Counted from the stretch's first letter, positions 26,601-40,497 are shown. The stretch is DNA of 64,000 bases from Hydrolagus affinis (GCA_012026655.1 JAAILG010000019.1:124001-188000); one strand, 5' to 3'. Notes: generated from the sequence alone by a model not told the origin. Numbers and translations are program-made.

Positions 26601-28857
26601 TATCATTTTTGCATATTGCCATTTAGCCATGTAAAAAGATGATGTGACATCCCTAATGGGAAAGATCTGCATATTTTGGAGCTCATTTGCAAAACAGACA
26701 TATATGATGAGCTTAACCCAGTTGTTAAGAAGTTGAGAACATCTGCTGCAGGGAGAACAAGACTTCGCAACATACTTCCAGTTGATGTTGTCAAAATAAT
26801 GCGTTTCTTAAAGTTTGTTTTTAGCAATGATGCTACTTGGTCAGTTGCCTCAGATGATTGAATGATTGAGCAGATTCCAAGACAGGGTAAAATGTCCATG
26901 ATTTAAAGTCTCAAAGGGAAAAATATCCATTTACCAGTTGCAAACTTTTCTGTTTATCACCTATATATGTTCAGGAAGTTATTTTATTAGATGCAATGTG
27001 GCACTAAAACATTTTGGATTAGGAAATTGAATAGTTCATGTGAGTTAAACATCTTCAGAAATGTTTATTTATAATGTGTATAGACAGAAAATGATAAAGG
27101 TATGAAAAATCATTAAAAAAAAATGCATTCTACATATGCATGCAATATACTTGGGATATGTGGAAACAATTACGTTCCTGCATAGGAAATTAAGTACTGT
27201 ACACTGCAAAGTGAATTTTACTTTTTAGCCCCTGACTTAATATTTGCACATGATGTAGCTATCCAGTGGTTTTAGACATTATTTTCAATAGGAAATCATT
27301 CAGCACATTAATGATGTTCACATCAGATTGATGTGAGCAACCTTGCTGCCTTTCGTGTTGTTTTGAGAACTAGATAACAATTTCTCAACAGTTCCAGAGG
27401 TGAGATCTCCTCAACCTAACTAATCAGGGTCAAGTGCCCCATTATCCTCTTGTTTTGGTGCTTGACTGGTTATTGCAGCAATGCAATGATTGGGTATCTT
27501 AGTTTAGTGCCAATTTAGTAGTATTAAAATAGTGTGTGCATGTGAAGTGTCATAGTTCCTTCAAAAGGAGGTCTCTATTATTCAAGCTTTGTAAATCTCT
27601 AATTTGCTTCAATCGTACTTAATAAATGTACGCTGTTGCAACTGGCTGCTGTTTTAATTGACTTTAAGAATTGCTATTAAAATAAGAAAAAAACAATTGT
27701 TGCACTGTTTCCCCATTTGGGACAAAGTTACCCTTACAGTTTGGTAGCTTCACTGTTCCATAGCTCTACTTCAGCAATTATTAGAAATATGAGATTCTAT
27801 AACAAATAGATCAGTCAATATTGCTATTTTTGGCAAGAACATTAAAGGTTAAGTATTTTGCAATATTTATTGCAAGTGTTCTATAATAATATAAATACCT
27901 GAAAAATAATGATGATAGAGAGATTTTCTCAGTCCTGTTAAAATAGAGTCCTGTGTTTACTCGTGCAGCTGAATGCCTTTATCAAAAGCAGTATTTAGCA
28001 GTGAAAATATGCCAAAGGCTAAAAGCCAAAAGGTTATTAGGCAGTCTGTTACAGAGTCATACATATCCCAGTGCTCATTTGTTTTGATTATGGCTCACAG
28101 TCTACTGATTAAAGGCGATTTGTGAGGTTATACAGAAAATGAAGGTAGCATACTTTTAAAGCAGACACAATTAGATAAAATAACTGATCTTTGTAATGAC
28201 ATGTATAACTTTGTTGAGTATAATTCTTTGAGCATCAACTGACGCAATAGGAAAATTTCCCTCTTTTAGATTTGTTTACCTCTCGGGATACATGATGTCA
28301 ATCAGGACTGATGGTTCATTAATTCCAGTGGAACAATTTAGTGCTGCCAGTGACAGACCTTCTGCTCATGAAACCATAGCAGATGACGGGACAGAACATT
28401 TGTAGCAAATGGTTCATCTTGCTCATTAGTTGGGCAGATGGGGCTCTAACTTTTTTTCCATACAACATAGCTTAACATCTATGTCCTTTCATCAATGTGT
28501 TTGATGATGATGCAGAATAAGTTGAACTTCACATTGACCACCCTTATTTCATATAATGTTTATTTACATAGTTAAAATTGGAAAAATAATGATTGGTGAA
28601 CAAGCCTGGTAAAGTCTTTCCATATCATTCATTTGCAATTAGGACGTGTTAATGTCATTGATTTTGTGCATAGTGAGTTCCCACACTCAGTTGGACAGAT
28701 AGAGGGAGATGGAAAGAAACACATTCATGGAACATTGTTTTTCCTACAATAAAAAATTGAGCTTTTTAGGTTAAATCATTGATAATTTCTTTAAGGCTGG
28801 CATACAGACACATGTCAGCCTGAAAGAAGGTTATAATTTTTTTTAAACCGATATTAA

Positions 28858-29013
28858 ATTGGTCACTGTTTGTGGGACACTACTGTGCGTAACTAGCTGC
28901 CATGTTTCTTCCATAAATATACAGTCACTTCAATTTACAGTATATTCTGTGAGTGCTTTGAGATGTCTAGAAGCTGTAAAAAGTGCTGTTTAAAAAAAAT
29001 GCAAGCTTTATTA
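28858..29013 (+). mobile_element. DeuSINE-type SINE 3' fragment
   Basis: ctgtttgtgggacactactgtgcg...tttacagtatattctgtgagtgctttgagatgtctagaag...aatgcaag. Confidence 0.82.
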
Positions 29014-29151
29014 TAAAACCATGAGCAAGATAATGGCAATTAAATTAGGCTTTTTCATAATAAAAAGCAAACATAAATTGGGAATTTCGTGAACCCTTAA
29101 CGTACCTATTATTGATTCCATCAACTCCCACATACTCTTAGGAGACTGTAG

Positions 29152-29227
29152 ACAACAACAAAATTTATAATAATATAAATTACATTTGTATAGTGCCTAT
29201 CACGTTGGGAGGACATCCAAGGTGCTG
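29152..29227 (-). mobile_element. L2 3' tail fragment
   Basis: aattacatttgtatagtgcctatcacgttgggaggacatccaaggtgctg. Confidence 0.75.
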
Positions 29228-29894
29228 TAGTGAGAGCTGCATTTAAGTTTAAACAGATTAAACTAATTTAACTTATTTTGGTTTTGCTATTTCATTCTCT
29301 CTCCCCTTCCCCAGTAATTACCTCATTTTATTTTGAAGGATGTAAACTATGGATTTTAGAATAGCGATTGCTGCATTTTATCCTTGGCCAGCAATAGGAT
29401 GAATAAGAACTAAAACAGATAATTCTCTCATTCTGTCGAGCATGATTTTTTATCTCGGCTTGTTGAAGTGAATAAAATCAATCCAGAAGAATTGGGTGCC
29501 TAGACAGTACGGTGGAAGTGCCAAATATAACTGCATGGTTGTACCTGTGGAATTTGCTGTCAAAGCCACTATCAAATTTAGCAAGTTAGAAGTGACTGGA
29601 TTCCTATACAATGAAACCAAGCAATTTGTAAGTCATCTAACTGAATTTGTACTACTGTTAACCCTAGATTGTTGTTTTCAAGCTCTGCCACCATTAAGCG
29701 TCCCAACACACCACCCTGTGTGAAGGGCACTGTATAAATGCAAGTTGTTGTTTTCAATAACATCTATGATTATGATTAATCATAAAATAAGTAATAAAAG
29801 TTGAATAGAAGCTCCATCAGAAAAGAACATTATCGTATTGATGCTCATACTCATCCCTTAAATTATAAGCTTGTGCCGTGTCTTCTCACTTTGT

Positions 29895-30200
29895 GAAGAA
29901 CTGTAGCTCAGTGGTTAGAGCATTCGCCTTACAAGCGAGAGACCTGGGTTCGATTCCCGGCAGGGCGAAACCCTGGGCAAGTTTTCTTGCTCCACATGCC
30001 TGATAATAATCAATGAAGAGAAACAAACAATAATAAATTGGTCACTTCAACCCCTGACTGTTTGTGGGAATGCTGCGCGCAATAGGCTGCCACGTTTTGC
30101 CCACAAACGTAGTCAATTCACTTTACAGTATATTCTGTGAAGTGCTTTGAGACATCTAGAAGATGTAAAAAGTGTTCTATCAAATGCAAGGATTATTGTT
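29895..30200 (+). mobile_element. Full-length tRNA-derived SINE, same family as 7158-7485
   Basis: A-box tagctcagtgg and B-box ggttcgattcc are intact. Tail caaatgcaaggattatt. Confidence 0.92.
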
Positions 30201-30204
30201 TTTA

Positions 30205-30575
30205 TAACAACCCAACTACTGTACAAGGCAAAATCCCAAGGTCCTGGACAGTCAATATTTCAGGCCCGAGCTGAGGTCAGGAACGGGGAGTGTGGAGGGA
30301 AAGGAGTGGATTTGGGGTGATTGATGGAACCGCCGAAGAGGAGGATCTTGAGGCAGGACTTGAAGGAGGCCAGGGCAGGGGCAATGTGGAGGGACTGCGG
30401 GATGGAATTTCAGAGGTTCGGGGCAGAGTGGCTGTATGCTCATTCTCCGATAGTGGGGCGGGTGGGTCAGGGGACGTGAAGCAGGCTGAGCGGAGGGGGC
30501 GGGCAGGTGGGTATGGGGCTAGAAGGTCGCAGAGGTAGGGTGGGGTGAGGCCATGGAGAGCTTTGAAGGTGAGGC
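30205..30575 (-). mobile_element. L2 3' fragment, tail-to-tail with the SINE
   Basis: tcccaagggtcctggacagtca...gaggccatggagagctttgaaggtgagg is the reverse complement of the L2 ORF2 end. Confidence 0.85.
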
Positions 30576-30949
30576 GGTTATTATTTATTATAAGGCAAGA
30601 AATAATACCATAACAAACAATGTAAAATCACTTTTCACCTTCAATTTGATTATCGACTCGAGCCAACAGTGAATTGCATGTTATGTTATAAAGATCATAT
30701 GTTTTAAAATGTGGAACAAAAAATAATCATGTATAAATTATAGTGTCATACTGATCCCTTTTTGTGCTGTATTTACACTGTATGTTTGGCAATGAATTGC
30801 TGTGATTTGGGCAGATATTTACCAGCAAGCATGAGCATAAACAGTTGCTCAGGCACCATGCTGGAGCCTCGCTGCTGGAGGAGATGGTTTTATGAACAGT
30901 TACTTATCCACAAACATCAGAAAAACACAGTTTGTGTAAATCTCAGAGT

Positions 30950-31310
30950 GCTTTTATAATGTCTTGTACCTCAAAATATCTTGAAACACTTTACAGTAAT
31001 TAACATTAGGTGTAATGGCTGTCTTCTGTAGGCAAATGTGACAGCCATTTTGATCACAGCAAGCCTGTTAATGGTGAATTAAGTTGGAGGATTGTTGATC
31101 CAACATCAAGAGAATTTTGCTTGTCTTTTTGAATAGTGTGATAGAATTTTTCACAAATGCTTCAGGGCAAGAAAATATACCTTGCTTTAACATGTCGGAC
31201 AATGCAGCAGCCACTCCCCCCTACCCCCCACCACCCTCACCTCCCAAAATTGCACGAGAGTGACAACTAGGAGCTCATATTCAAACCTCACCAGCTAAGC
31301 AAAGATGACA
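30950..31310 (-). mobile_element. Old SacSINE1-like DeuSINE
   Basis: aaacactttacag...gacagccattttgatcacagcaag...tttttgaatagtg...tttaacatgtc...gacaatgcagca. Confidence 0.6.
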
Positions 31311-34300
31311 CTTGATGACATTAATAAACAAAGGATAGCATTAAAAGCACAGCCTATGAATTTTGAGTTGAAAAGCTGGAAAGTGTATAGAAAACAGGTT
31401 ATTGATTTTAATCAAGATATAAGTTATATTCCTTCTCAGTATGTGAACATATTCTAAAATGTAATTCATTTCTGTGTACTGACTGCTTGCTCTACCAGAT
31501 GGATAAACTTATGGGTACCAGTACTTAAAAATAACTTTCATCTTTATTTGTTTAAAACCAAGCTGAGGACAAGTAATATTATTATACTCATGGAAGCAAC
31601 CATAAATATCCATCACATGTTTTCTGCACATGAATTTTGAAGTTATGCTTTGCATTACTGTAAAGACTGAGTTCCTTAAGGTCATAAAATGAGTTTTGGT
31701 TGAATGATGTGAGTAATTTGGTTTGTGAATTTTAGAGCATGATATGGTGTATCAAACATTTCTTTTAGAAAATTCCACCGACCAAATCAACTCATGAAAA
31801 TAGATACTTTAGAAACTATTGTTGTTTGCTTTGACCACATTATACAGTATTGTAGAAGCATTATGGATTCTGGAAAATAACCAGATGAAACTGTGAAATT
31901 TTCACATTGAAGTGCCCTTGCATAATATGCAAAGCCACAAATTGAAGAACACAACAGAAACAATACTGAAAATTTATAAACCATATGAATAGGATAACAT
32001 AAAACGCTGTGGAGAAAAAACAGGGAATTAGGATTCAAATACAGTAGATAGTTCCAGTGGAGAAGCTAGCATCAGCATAGTGATGAGTGGAATTGATAGG
32101 GATAAGACACATGTCCACAACACAATTGCTAATTTTAGAAATGGCATGTGAATTATATTCTGGAGTTTGATTGCTTAGTTATAAAGCACGTTAAATGTTA
32201 CTAGAGAATGATAATTATTTGTGGAAAAACAATGATCGGTAATAAAACACAACTAGGCAATAACAAAATGAACTTTCTAGCACAGCACAAAATATATTTT
32301 CTTTGTCAAGAAAAATCATGGCACCTTCAGAAATTTAGGGCGTTGAAATAAAACAATATACAGTACCCTAAGACATGCCTAGAGATAAAGACAACATGAG
32401 GAGGAAGGTTAGTGCTCCCATTATTAGTATAGACATATGACAGATGTCACCGCTGTAAACGTCCAGTGCCTTGGGCAAGGCAGAACTGCAGGAGTGGAGG
32501 CCATTTGTCCATCCAGTGAAATAGCCAAATAGGTGTTGTATGAAAATGTCCTGTGAAGTCCTTTGTTAGACATCGTAGGAAAAAGAATTCACCAATGAGT
32601 TGTTTGGGGTATTTTTTTCTTCATACATGCAATATTATTTTAAAATTATGACTGAGGATTCAGGAGGGGTGGGTGAGAAGTAGGTGTGGTTGGGAATACT
32701 GACTACTTAAGGTGCTGTCAAAGAGGAAGAAAGTTTTGAGACTGTCTTTAAAGGAGGGGAGGGAAAAGGCAAGGGAAAGGGATTCTGTGATGGAATTCTA
32801 TAGAGTGGGTGGAGAGAAAGTAACTTTGGGATTAAAGTAAGCAATTAAATGATATTAATAAGTTTTTGCTGCATTTTTTTAATGTCAAAAGCTCTGCAGA
32901 ATTTGATGCAGTTGAAAAAGGCACGTGCCGTTGAACTCTTAAACTTCCGTCATTAATTCAATTGCCATTCCAACAGTATTTTGGACCAAAGGAGAGAAAC
33001 GTATCAAGGTTATGCCTCCAGAGTGTAGATGGTGAAAGATGGGCACATCACATGTCTCTGGCTTTATTTATGTTGCAGTACCTCGGTTGATCAATGACGC
33101 TGTTCATGGTTTTATTTATGTTGCGGTGGCAGGAACTGATCAATTGTACAGCTGTTAGTGTGATCAGCAGGTTCAAATTGCACATGTTATTAGTTTCCAA
33201 TGACAATTACATGTGATTTTTGCATTTATGCTTAAATATTTAATGAGCCTACTTTAGCTAAGAATGCTGTGTACTGTATCTTGGAAGTTGAAAAGAAAGT
33301 TAGAAAATGTGTCTTCTATCCCCACAGCTCCATTACTTTGGATGGAATCATTGTCCCAAGTTTTTTTCACAATAGATGAAATCAATATGGCATTGCTCTA
33401 ATCGTCAACAACAACTTCCATTTATACAGTGTAGGTAGCATCTCGGAGCAGTTAAGTCATACACGCAGAGACTAATAAACAAGTTTTACTTCTTTTATAC
33501 TCAATGTCTCTTACTAGCTTATTAACAGAATTTTTAAAAAGTTAGTGGTTTTCAAAAATTAGGTATTCATTTGAATAAGAATAGGAAATAAAATGTTGAC
33601 CTGATAGGAAAGTGAGAATGTGTTTACCATTGATACTTGAGTGTTCAGCAACCATCTACTGCTTTATTGTATCATTAATTACACTTAATGCTGGGATTCT
33701 CCTGTAATGGTTGACTAAGCTCTGAAAATTAAGTACAGAGTATTCAGTTATAAAAATCACTGTAATGAGCTCTGGTGGGACAAAGTCTGTTAACTTTAAA
33801 ATCACCTCAGGCCGTTTTCTCTCAGTGTTGTTTTGTCAATCCATTTAAATTTTTTGGACTAAATAAAAAGACGCACCTAGGGATGACACACTAAAATAAT
33901 TTAGAAATTAAAAAAATTACGGAAATGCTTTTGGCAAAGTGAGTCTTGGATGGGGAAAGCATAATTTTGGTGCATAATTTAACTTCTTGCCTGGGTGCAA
34001 TGGCAACTTTCTGATGTCGTTGAAAGATTGGGCTCAAGAACTCTTTTAATGCTGTCAAACAGCAGGGATTTTGTTGGAAAATAAATTAAATCTCGATTTT
34101 ATAGCATTGTATTTGACATGCGCATCTTCTTATTTATGCTTTTTGGTGACAGAAATAGTGACATTTTCCAGACTTTTGCATACTTGGTGGTTAGTGGGAG
34201 GCTCAGCTGTATTGTTGGTAATCATTCTGTCACAAATGATGAAGTGCTAGTGGTTTTCTCGCAACGACTTGCCATCCAGCCAGGTATGAAAGTTTTCTAT

Positions 34301-35045
34301 ATCTGAAAATGGTGTGGCCCACAGGCACTTCAAAGTTGAAATCTATTTGTACTGGCAGCAATGAAACATGAGGTCTTAGCGTTATAAAACTGATAATGAA
34401 CACAAGTCTACGGTCACCAAATCTAATGCTAAAGTTGTCTTGGGGTTTACCTGTCAACTGTTCTTGAATTAAAAATATTTTTCATTGAAATTGAATTTGT
34501 TATATATTCTGTTCTGGTCATTGTAGTTTCCCCTTCAATTAATTCTTGCCATTCTGATCAGTATAAGGTCAGTGTAAAACACCAGCTGTATGATTTCATT
34601 TTTAAAAATCAAGGGATTTCATACAAAACAGTTCAGCAGTAATTAATAAGTGATATATTTCTCACAGTGTTTACCTCCCTATTTGAGACATTACCATGAT
34701 TGCAAATGTTATTATTAATTATACTGTACCTGAAATTCACAGATTCATCTACATATTGAGGATTCTTAAGGGATAACGAGAATACATATTACAAGGAAGG
34801 CTTAATAACTCATGGATGACAAAGTAATGAGTGGGTCATGCAGTTCTTCCCTGGAAGTGAATGGACAAAACCTTTAATTCTTTTTTTCATTCAATCTTAA
34901 TATAAATGTAGTGGCACCTTTAAAACTCTTCTGTAGTAACGTAAAAAAATTTAACCTTGTAAGAAACATTGTTCATTGTCTTGATAATCCCTAGAAATGG
35001 AGATTTGAAAGCTATTTGGGTTGATAAATTCCCGAACAGATGTAT

Positions 35046-35225
35046 TACAACAACAATAACAACAAAATTTATAAAGCAATTTTCATGTCAGAAGGACGTC
35101 CCAAGGGGCTGAATAGTCAGCTCGGGACCCGAGCAAGGGGAGGGAGAGAGTTAGGAGGGGAGGCAGAGAGTTAGGAGGGGAGGGAGAAAGTTGGGAGGGC
35201 AATAGAAGGCACGGTCAAAGAGGAG
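35046..35225 (-). mobile_element. L2 3' fragment containing a 20-bp unit repeated about 3 times
   Basis: Tail motif, then (ggggagggagagagttagga) about three times at 35137-35199. Confidence 0.8.
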
Positions 35226-36249
35226 CTGGCCATAAGGGCTGTTGCCACACACTCAATTGTGCCTGAAAAAATTGGATAATTAGTTGAAAATTGGTTTCAT
35301 ATTTTACCCTATAATGTCGAATCCTAGCATTGAAACCGACGCTGTTGTTTTACGAAGCTGAAAATATGTATCGTATATCATATTAAATACATACACCAAC
35401 ATCTATTATACAATGTGTTATTTTCCAGCCATGTACCACAATATTCCAAATTGAATTATTTTGGAAGTTAACTGTTTTATGTGCTGATCTTATCAGTTAG
35501 TCAGGATATTCTGAATGTGGTTCACTGACTAGATGATAATCCTCTCAACCTTGATTTTACAAACTTACTGCAAAGTGGCAAACTTTGGTTTCCACCTCTT
35601 CCCTATGGTGCCAAACCTGTGGAAATGCATAGAAGTGATTTTGTCAAGTGATACTTCATAGTGAAGTGAACAGTTTATTACTGTACTACAGTACTATAAT
35701 CAAGACAATGAAAATAATTGCTGTAACTCTCAGGACAGCATTGTTTCAAATAAACAGGCTTTGAAGGTGCAACATTTATAGTCATTCTGAAATTATAGGT
35801 TATGCAATGGGATTAACAACTGAAAGAAATCTGTGGCAACCAGATTTGGGCTTGTATTCCCTATTTTTACTTGTATTAGACTTTGATTTAGTATTCAATC
35901 TATTTCAAATGTGATGATGTTTTCAATATCTGGTCACTCTTACACCTATATTACCTTCTCCATTACTTTACTTCAATATTTACCCTTCAATGTATAATTC
36001 TAATAGCAATTTTTAGCACAAGTAGTTCTCTTACTTTTTTGTCCTGATTAAATAACTTATATATCTGCAACTTGTGAAAATCTTTGCGATCCTCTGAATT
36101 GTAATTTTCCCATCCAAACACCACAAGCCTGGAATATAGCTTACACTCCAATCTAAAATCATGATCCTGGGAAATAACAAGTCTGTTAATTTAAAAATTT
36201 TAATTTAAATTAACAGACTTGTTATCTCTCTCTGTTTTGCCTAAACTAC

Positions 36250-36780
36250 AAACTTAGACTTTCATACTCACTAAGGTCATTAGTATATTTTTGAACAGCA
36301 GGGGTACTAGGCCTGATCCCCAGAGGACACGGCTGGTTACAGCTGCCCAATTAGAGCTATTCCAGTTGATAACTACCTTCTGTTTCCTATTATCTTTCCA
36401 ATTTATTATAACATTTACAACTTTCTCCTTGATTTTAGCCATGCCATAAGTCTGTTATGAGTTGTACTTTGAAACATTTTCTGAATCTTTCTCAAAGTTG
36501 AGGTATATATTATCAACCACATTCAACATCCATCACCATAGATATATACTATATGAAAGATTTTAAATTTGTTAGCAATAGTCTGCTTTTTCTACATTTG
36601 TTAACATAGAATTAGTATATTGCAGTTTCTCTCATTGTATGATCTTGAATGGCTTATTTTATAGTATAATTCACCATATTATGTTTCTAACCAAATAGTT
36701 ATAATTAACAGACTTGGTATTTTCCAGGATCATGATTTTGAATTGGAGTGTATGTAAACTATATTCCAGGCTTGTGGTAT
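36250..36780 (-). mobile_element. Old CR1 RT fragment
   Basis: Minus-strand peptide W..NRKQKVVIN...SNWAAVTSRVLWGSGLVPLLF is a decayed version of RQRVV..SGVPQGSVLGPLLF. Confidence 0.7.
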
Positions 36781-39700
36781 CATTCATTTGTCCAATGAGT
36801 AATATTCTTTATAGTAGCAGCACCACTTTCATTTTCATTTAAATACTGTACTCTCTGATGCATTCTACCTGTAGCTGATACTTTAATATTCAAGAACCCT
36901 ATTTTTAATGTACATTTCATGGATGGCTTCAAACCTCTCTCTCTTCTCCATCTACCAGATTAGGGATAAGTAACAAAGTTTTCTGTAATGTTTTAAAAGT
37001 TGCTCCAAATATTTTCACTTCCACCTTCTCCCTCATGCCTTCATAGGATCTTTGCCCATGAACACTTTGCCTGATAAACATACATTTTACTATGTGTCTT
37101 ATAACTTTCAAGCAGTCCGAGATGCTGCCCCAACTGAAGAGTGCTATATAAATGCAAGTTGTTATTGTTATTTGTCCCTATGCCCATTTTTTTGTTTTAT
37201 CACACACTTTATCTCTTTATTTGTGTGTTTCTTTACTTCTTCCACATTTATTACAGAGTTTGAAAAATAAATGACTTGTGATTGTATTTTTAAAGAAAAG
37301 TGAAGCTTTTTTTTAGTTGAAAGTTGGGATCTGATGCTTCTCTTAATATTTCCCTTTCACCCATCCATAGCATGTTATTCAAAGAATCAGACCTGCCGTA
37401 TCTACATGAAAGATTCAAACTCTGATTCAATTTTCACTCAAGGTAATTAAAGTCACCCATAATAGTAACCTCCTTTTTCCCTTGTGCACTTCGTATTTGC
37501 TGGAATAATTCCATATCAATTTCTTCCTTTTTGCCCCGATGGTCTGTAGCAATTGCCAATTATTAACTTCCTTTCCTCCTGTCACAGGTAATAAGAATCA
37601 AAAGGTTCCTTTGCTAGTTTATTCATTTGTAGGCATATATTTGAGATATTTTTGTTCACAATCATTCATTTCTGATGAAAAGATGTAACGAATTGTGACA
37701 TTCAATAGTTAGTTACTACCACTTTTCTAGAAAATCAAGATTTTCCAATTGATATCCAGGAGTGATATTCTCCCTGTGGTAACCTGATCCTCTGCTTGTT
37801 GTTTACTGAAGTATATGCTGTCTCCCAGTGTTCCCTTTCTCTGTTCTTGAGTGGCAGTGATAGGGAATCTTCACTACGACATGTGCAAGTAAGTCAGCAC
37901 ATTTCTCGATTTTCCTCTTCATGAGTTAGTGGTGCTAGACAGTCTGCATTGGAACCTGGTTTTATACCCATCACGGTAGATAACTTATGTAAAGTATTTC
38001 AGACCTACAAAACCATGCCCAGCCTCACTAAACTGTGCTTTGACAATGAACAAGTAAGTGGACATACACAAACAAAGAAGGGCAAAGACTAAAATAATCT
38101 TAAACTTTCCAACCTGAATGCATTTAACGTGAAGAACTGTTTTGCTGCATATCCACTCCTATTCCTTTATAAGGATGCCAAGCTGTACAATTACTAACAC
38201 ACACCAACAGTCCCTTTTTATATATTCACCTAAATAACAATATATTGAAATGAAACTATTGCAGTTATGTATGAGGTTTTTAAATTATCATATTGACCAT
38301 TAATTACAATATAGAAAACAATGACAGCTAAATTATTTTTTTCAGCTTTGAATTTGATCACTATAAGAATTGACAAGTGTATCAAGGATATAATTTTGAA
38401 TAGTCTAACTACACAATGGAAAATTGGTAATCATTGAAGATGGAAAAATGTTTTTTTTTCTCTCTCTGTAATCACTTACACAGATTGACGATGTTTGATG
38501 ATGGATCATAAATTTTTCCTTCTAAAGTATTTCAGATATCGGAATACACAACTGTTTCCATTGAAATGAATTCAGCAGTGATGCAAAATAATCTGTAGAA
38601 GTTTGGTGTTCATTTTACCAAGGTGCCCAAGGCCAATAATTATCTAAGGTGCATCAATTGTACTGTAATGTTGAGTGTTCAGCAGTGTTATATTTGAAAC
38701 TATTTCAGAACACCACACCAGGTGATTGCGTTTGTTTTTCCAAGAACCAAATTTGCTCACTTTGGTTCTGCCAGAGGCATTTACTGACCAATGAGCTCAT
38801 TCAGCTAAGAGTACTATGATGGGGACTACTCACAAATGTTAATGGAACTCTTTTCTCACATTTGGAACCCTCTTGTCTAGGTCAGTTCCATGAAGAATAA
38901 CCTTTTGGCGTTATAGTGGATAATGTTTGATGCCCATGGAACTGTTTTACTGCATGGGTTGTTATCATAAACCTACCTTTTCAGATTTGTTATTGAAAAG
39001 GCATAGGAAAAAGCTAATAATTTGGGCTCTTAATGTATGATAGCCTCCAATATCTTCAGGAGTATAGATGGCCGAAAACAAAATTGAGAGCAAAAAATCT
39101 TGGGTTGGGTGAATTGTGAAGCCCTTTAGCTGAATAATTCGCTGAATAGTACACAATACAGTTGAACTTGAAAAGAAAGGAGAAAATAGTTACATTTGAA
39201 TCACAACAGAAAATTTGATTTCTAAATGATGGAAATCAAAATTCTAATTTCTGGTTCTGTCGACTACCTCAGTCCTATTACACATCGAGTCATTTTTGTT
39301 TAAAACTAAATCGATATATACCATTGACTTCAGTAAAATAAGAATGTGTTATAAAAAGCATCAAACTTCAGTAACAAAAACAGGTTGGTAATGATGAAAA
39401 GAAATCAAACTCATTTGACTCCAATGTTTTGATTCACTATTTAAACTCAGCAACCACTTCAGCTAAGCATACTAATAGCCACCATCTTTTATTTACAGCT
39501 TTAAATTGAGAAACTGTCTGTTGTTTTACCTCATTATTACTCTTAGCAATTACGAAGCCTTTAACAGTTTTGAAATTTCTTTCTATTAAATTTATTTATG
39601 GAGCCATTAAGCTTACCCCAAAAAAACATTAATGGAATGGTATAAGGTTTATAATGTGGATGTAAAGTCAGTCCATGTTATCGTGTTAGTCCAAAGTGTT

Positions 39701-40497
39701 TAGTCTCGGTGTTTGTGGTAAATTGTATAGTATTTGCTGAAAGTTATAGTTTCTAAAGGCCACATTCTAGAACATTTAATTAGAAGAATAACAGTTATTT
39801 CTAAATACTTGAATATTTTGCATAAATAACTGATCTTGTCACCTTCCATTTTGTGTGTGAACGTCCTTGTTGTAATTCCTACTGCCAAATAGAATTAATC
39901 ATTCAGGTAGCATATATGGCATGCACTAAATGAAGCACCAGTGTGAAACTATTTACAGTAACTTGTCATATAAATTGGTGTAAAACAATTAAGAATGTTT
40001 TAGTTATAAGGAAACACATTCAGCTACAAATTTAACCTGACCATAATATCTGGATGGGACAAACTTGAACATATTAAAGGAGCCACTAGCCTTGGGCTGG
40101 AATAGTTAGCATTCCTAGCAATCATTAATACTGCAATCTGTCAAATTGATTTTTAGTTTAAAATAAATTAAGTGTCAAGTTGAGCTTCTTGAGCTCTTCG
40201 AGGGTGGCCATTTTCAGGGCTGAAGGAAGTATGTTGGCTCATGTTTGCCTGCTGTCTGATCATATTTTGAGGGCTCACATTTTATAAAAATAGACGAGAT
40301 GGATCACTATAACTGATCCAGAGCCAACAAATAGATGAAGTCATGATCTGGATTAGATTTGCTTTTTTGATCCTAATTTTTATTGTCTTACAATTCCAAA
40401 ATAGAAAATGGGATGAGGCTCAAATTTGCATGCAAATTGTTTTCTTATACAGGTATACATTTTAGCTGTACAAGTTCTCTCTTTGTTTGAATTTTAC

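Noticed and set aside
40440-40490. ttttcttatacag|GTATAC as a possible cassette exon or recursive site
   Set aside because: The frame reaches a stop within about 12 codons, there is no downstream donor, and GTATAC is a poor donor.
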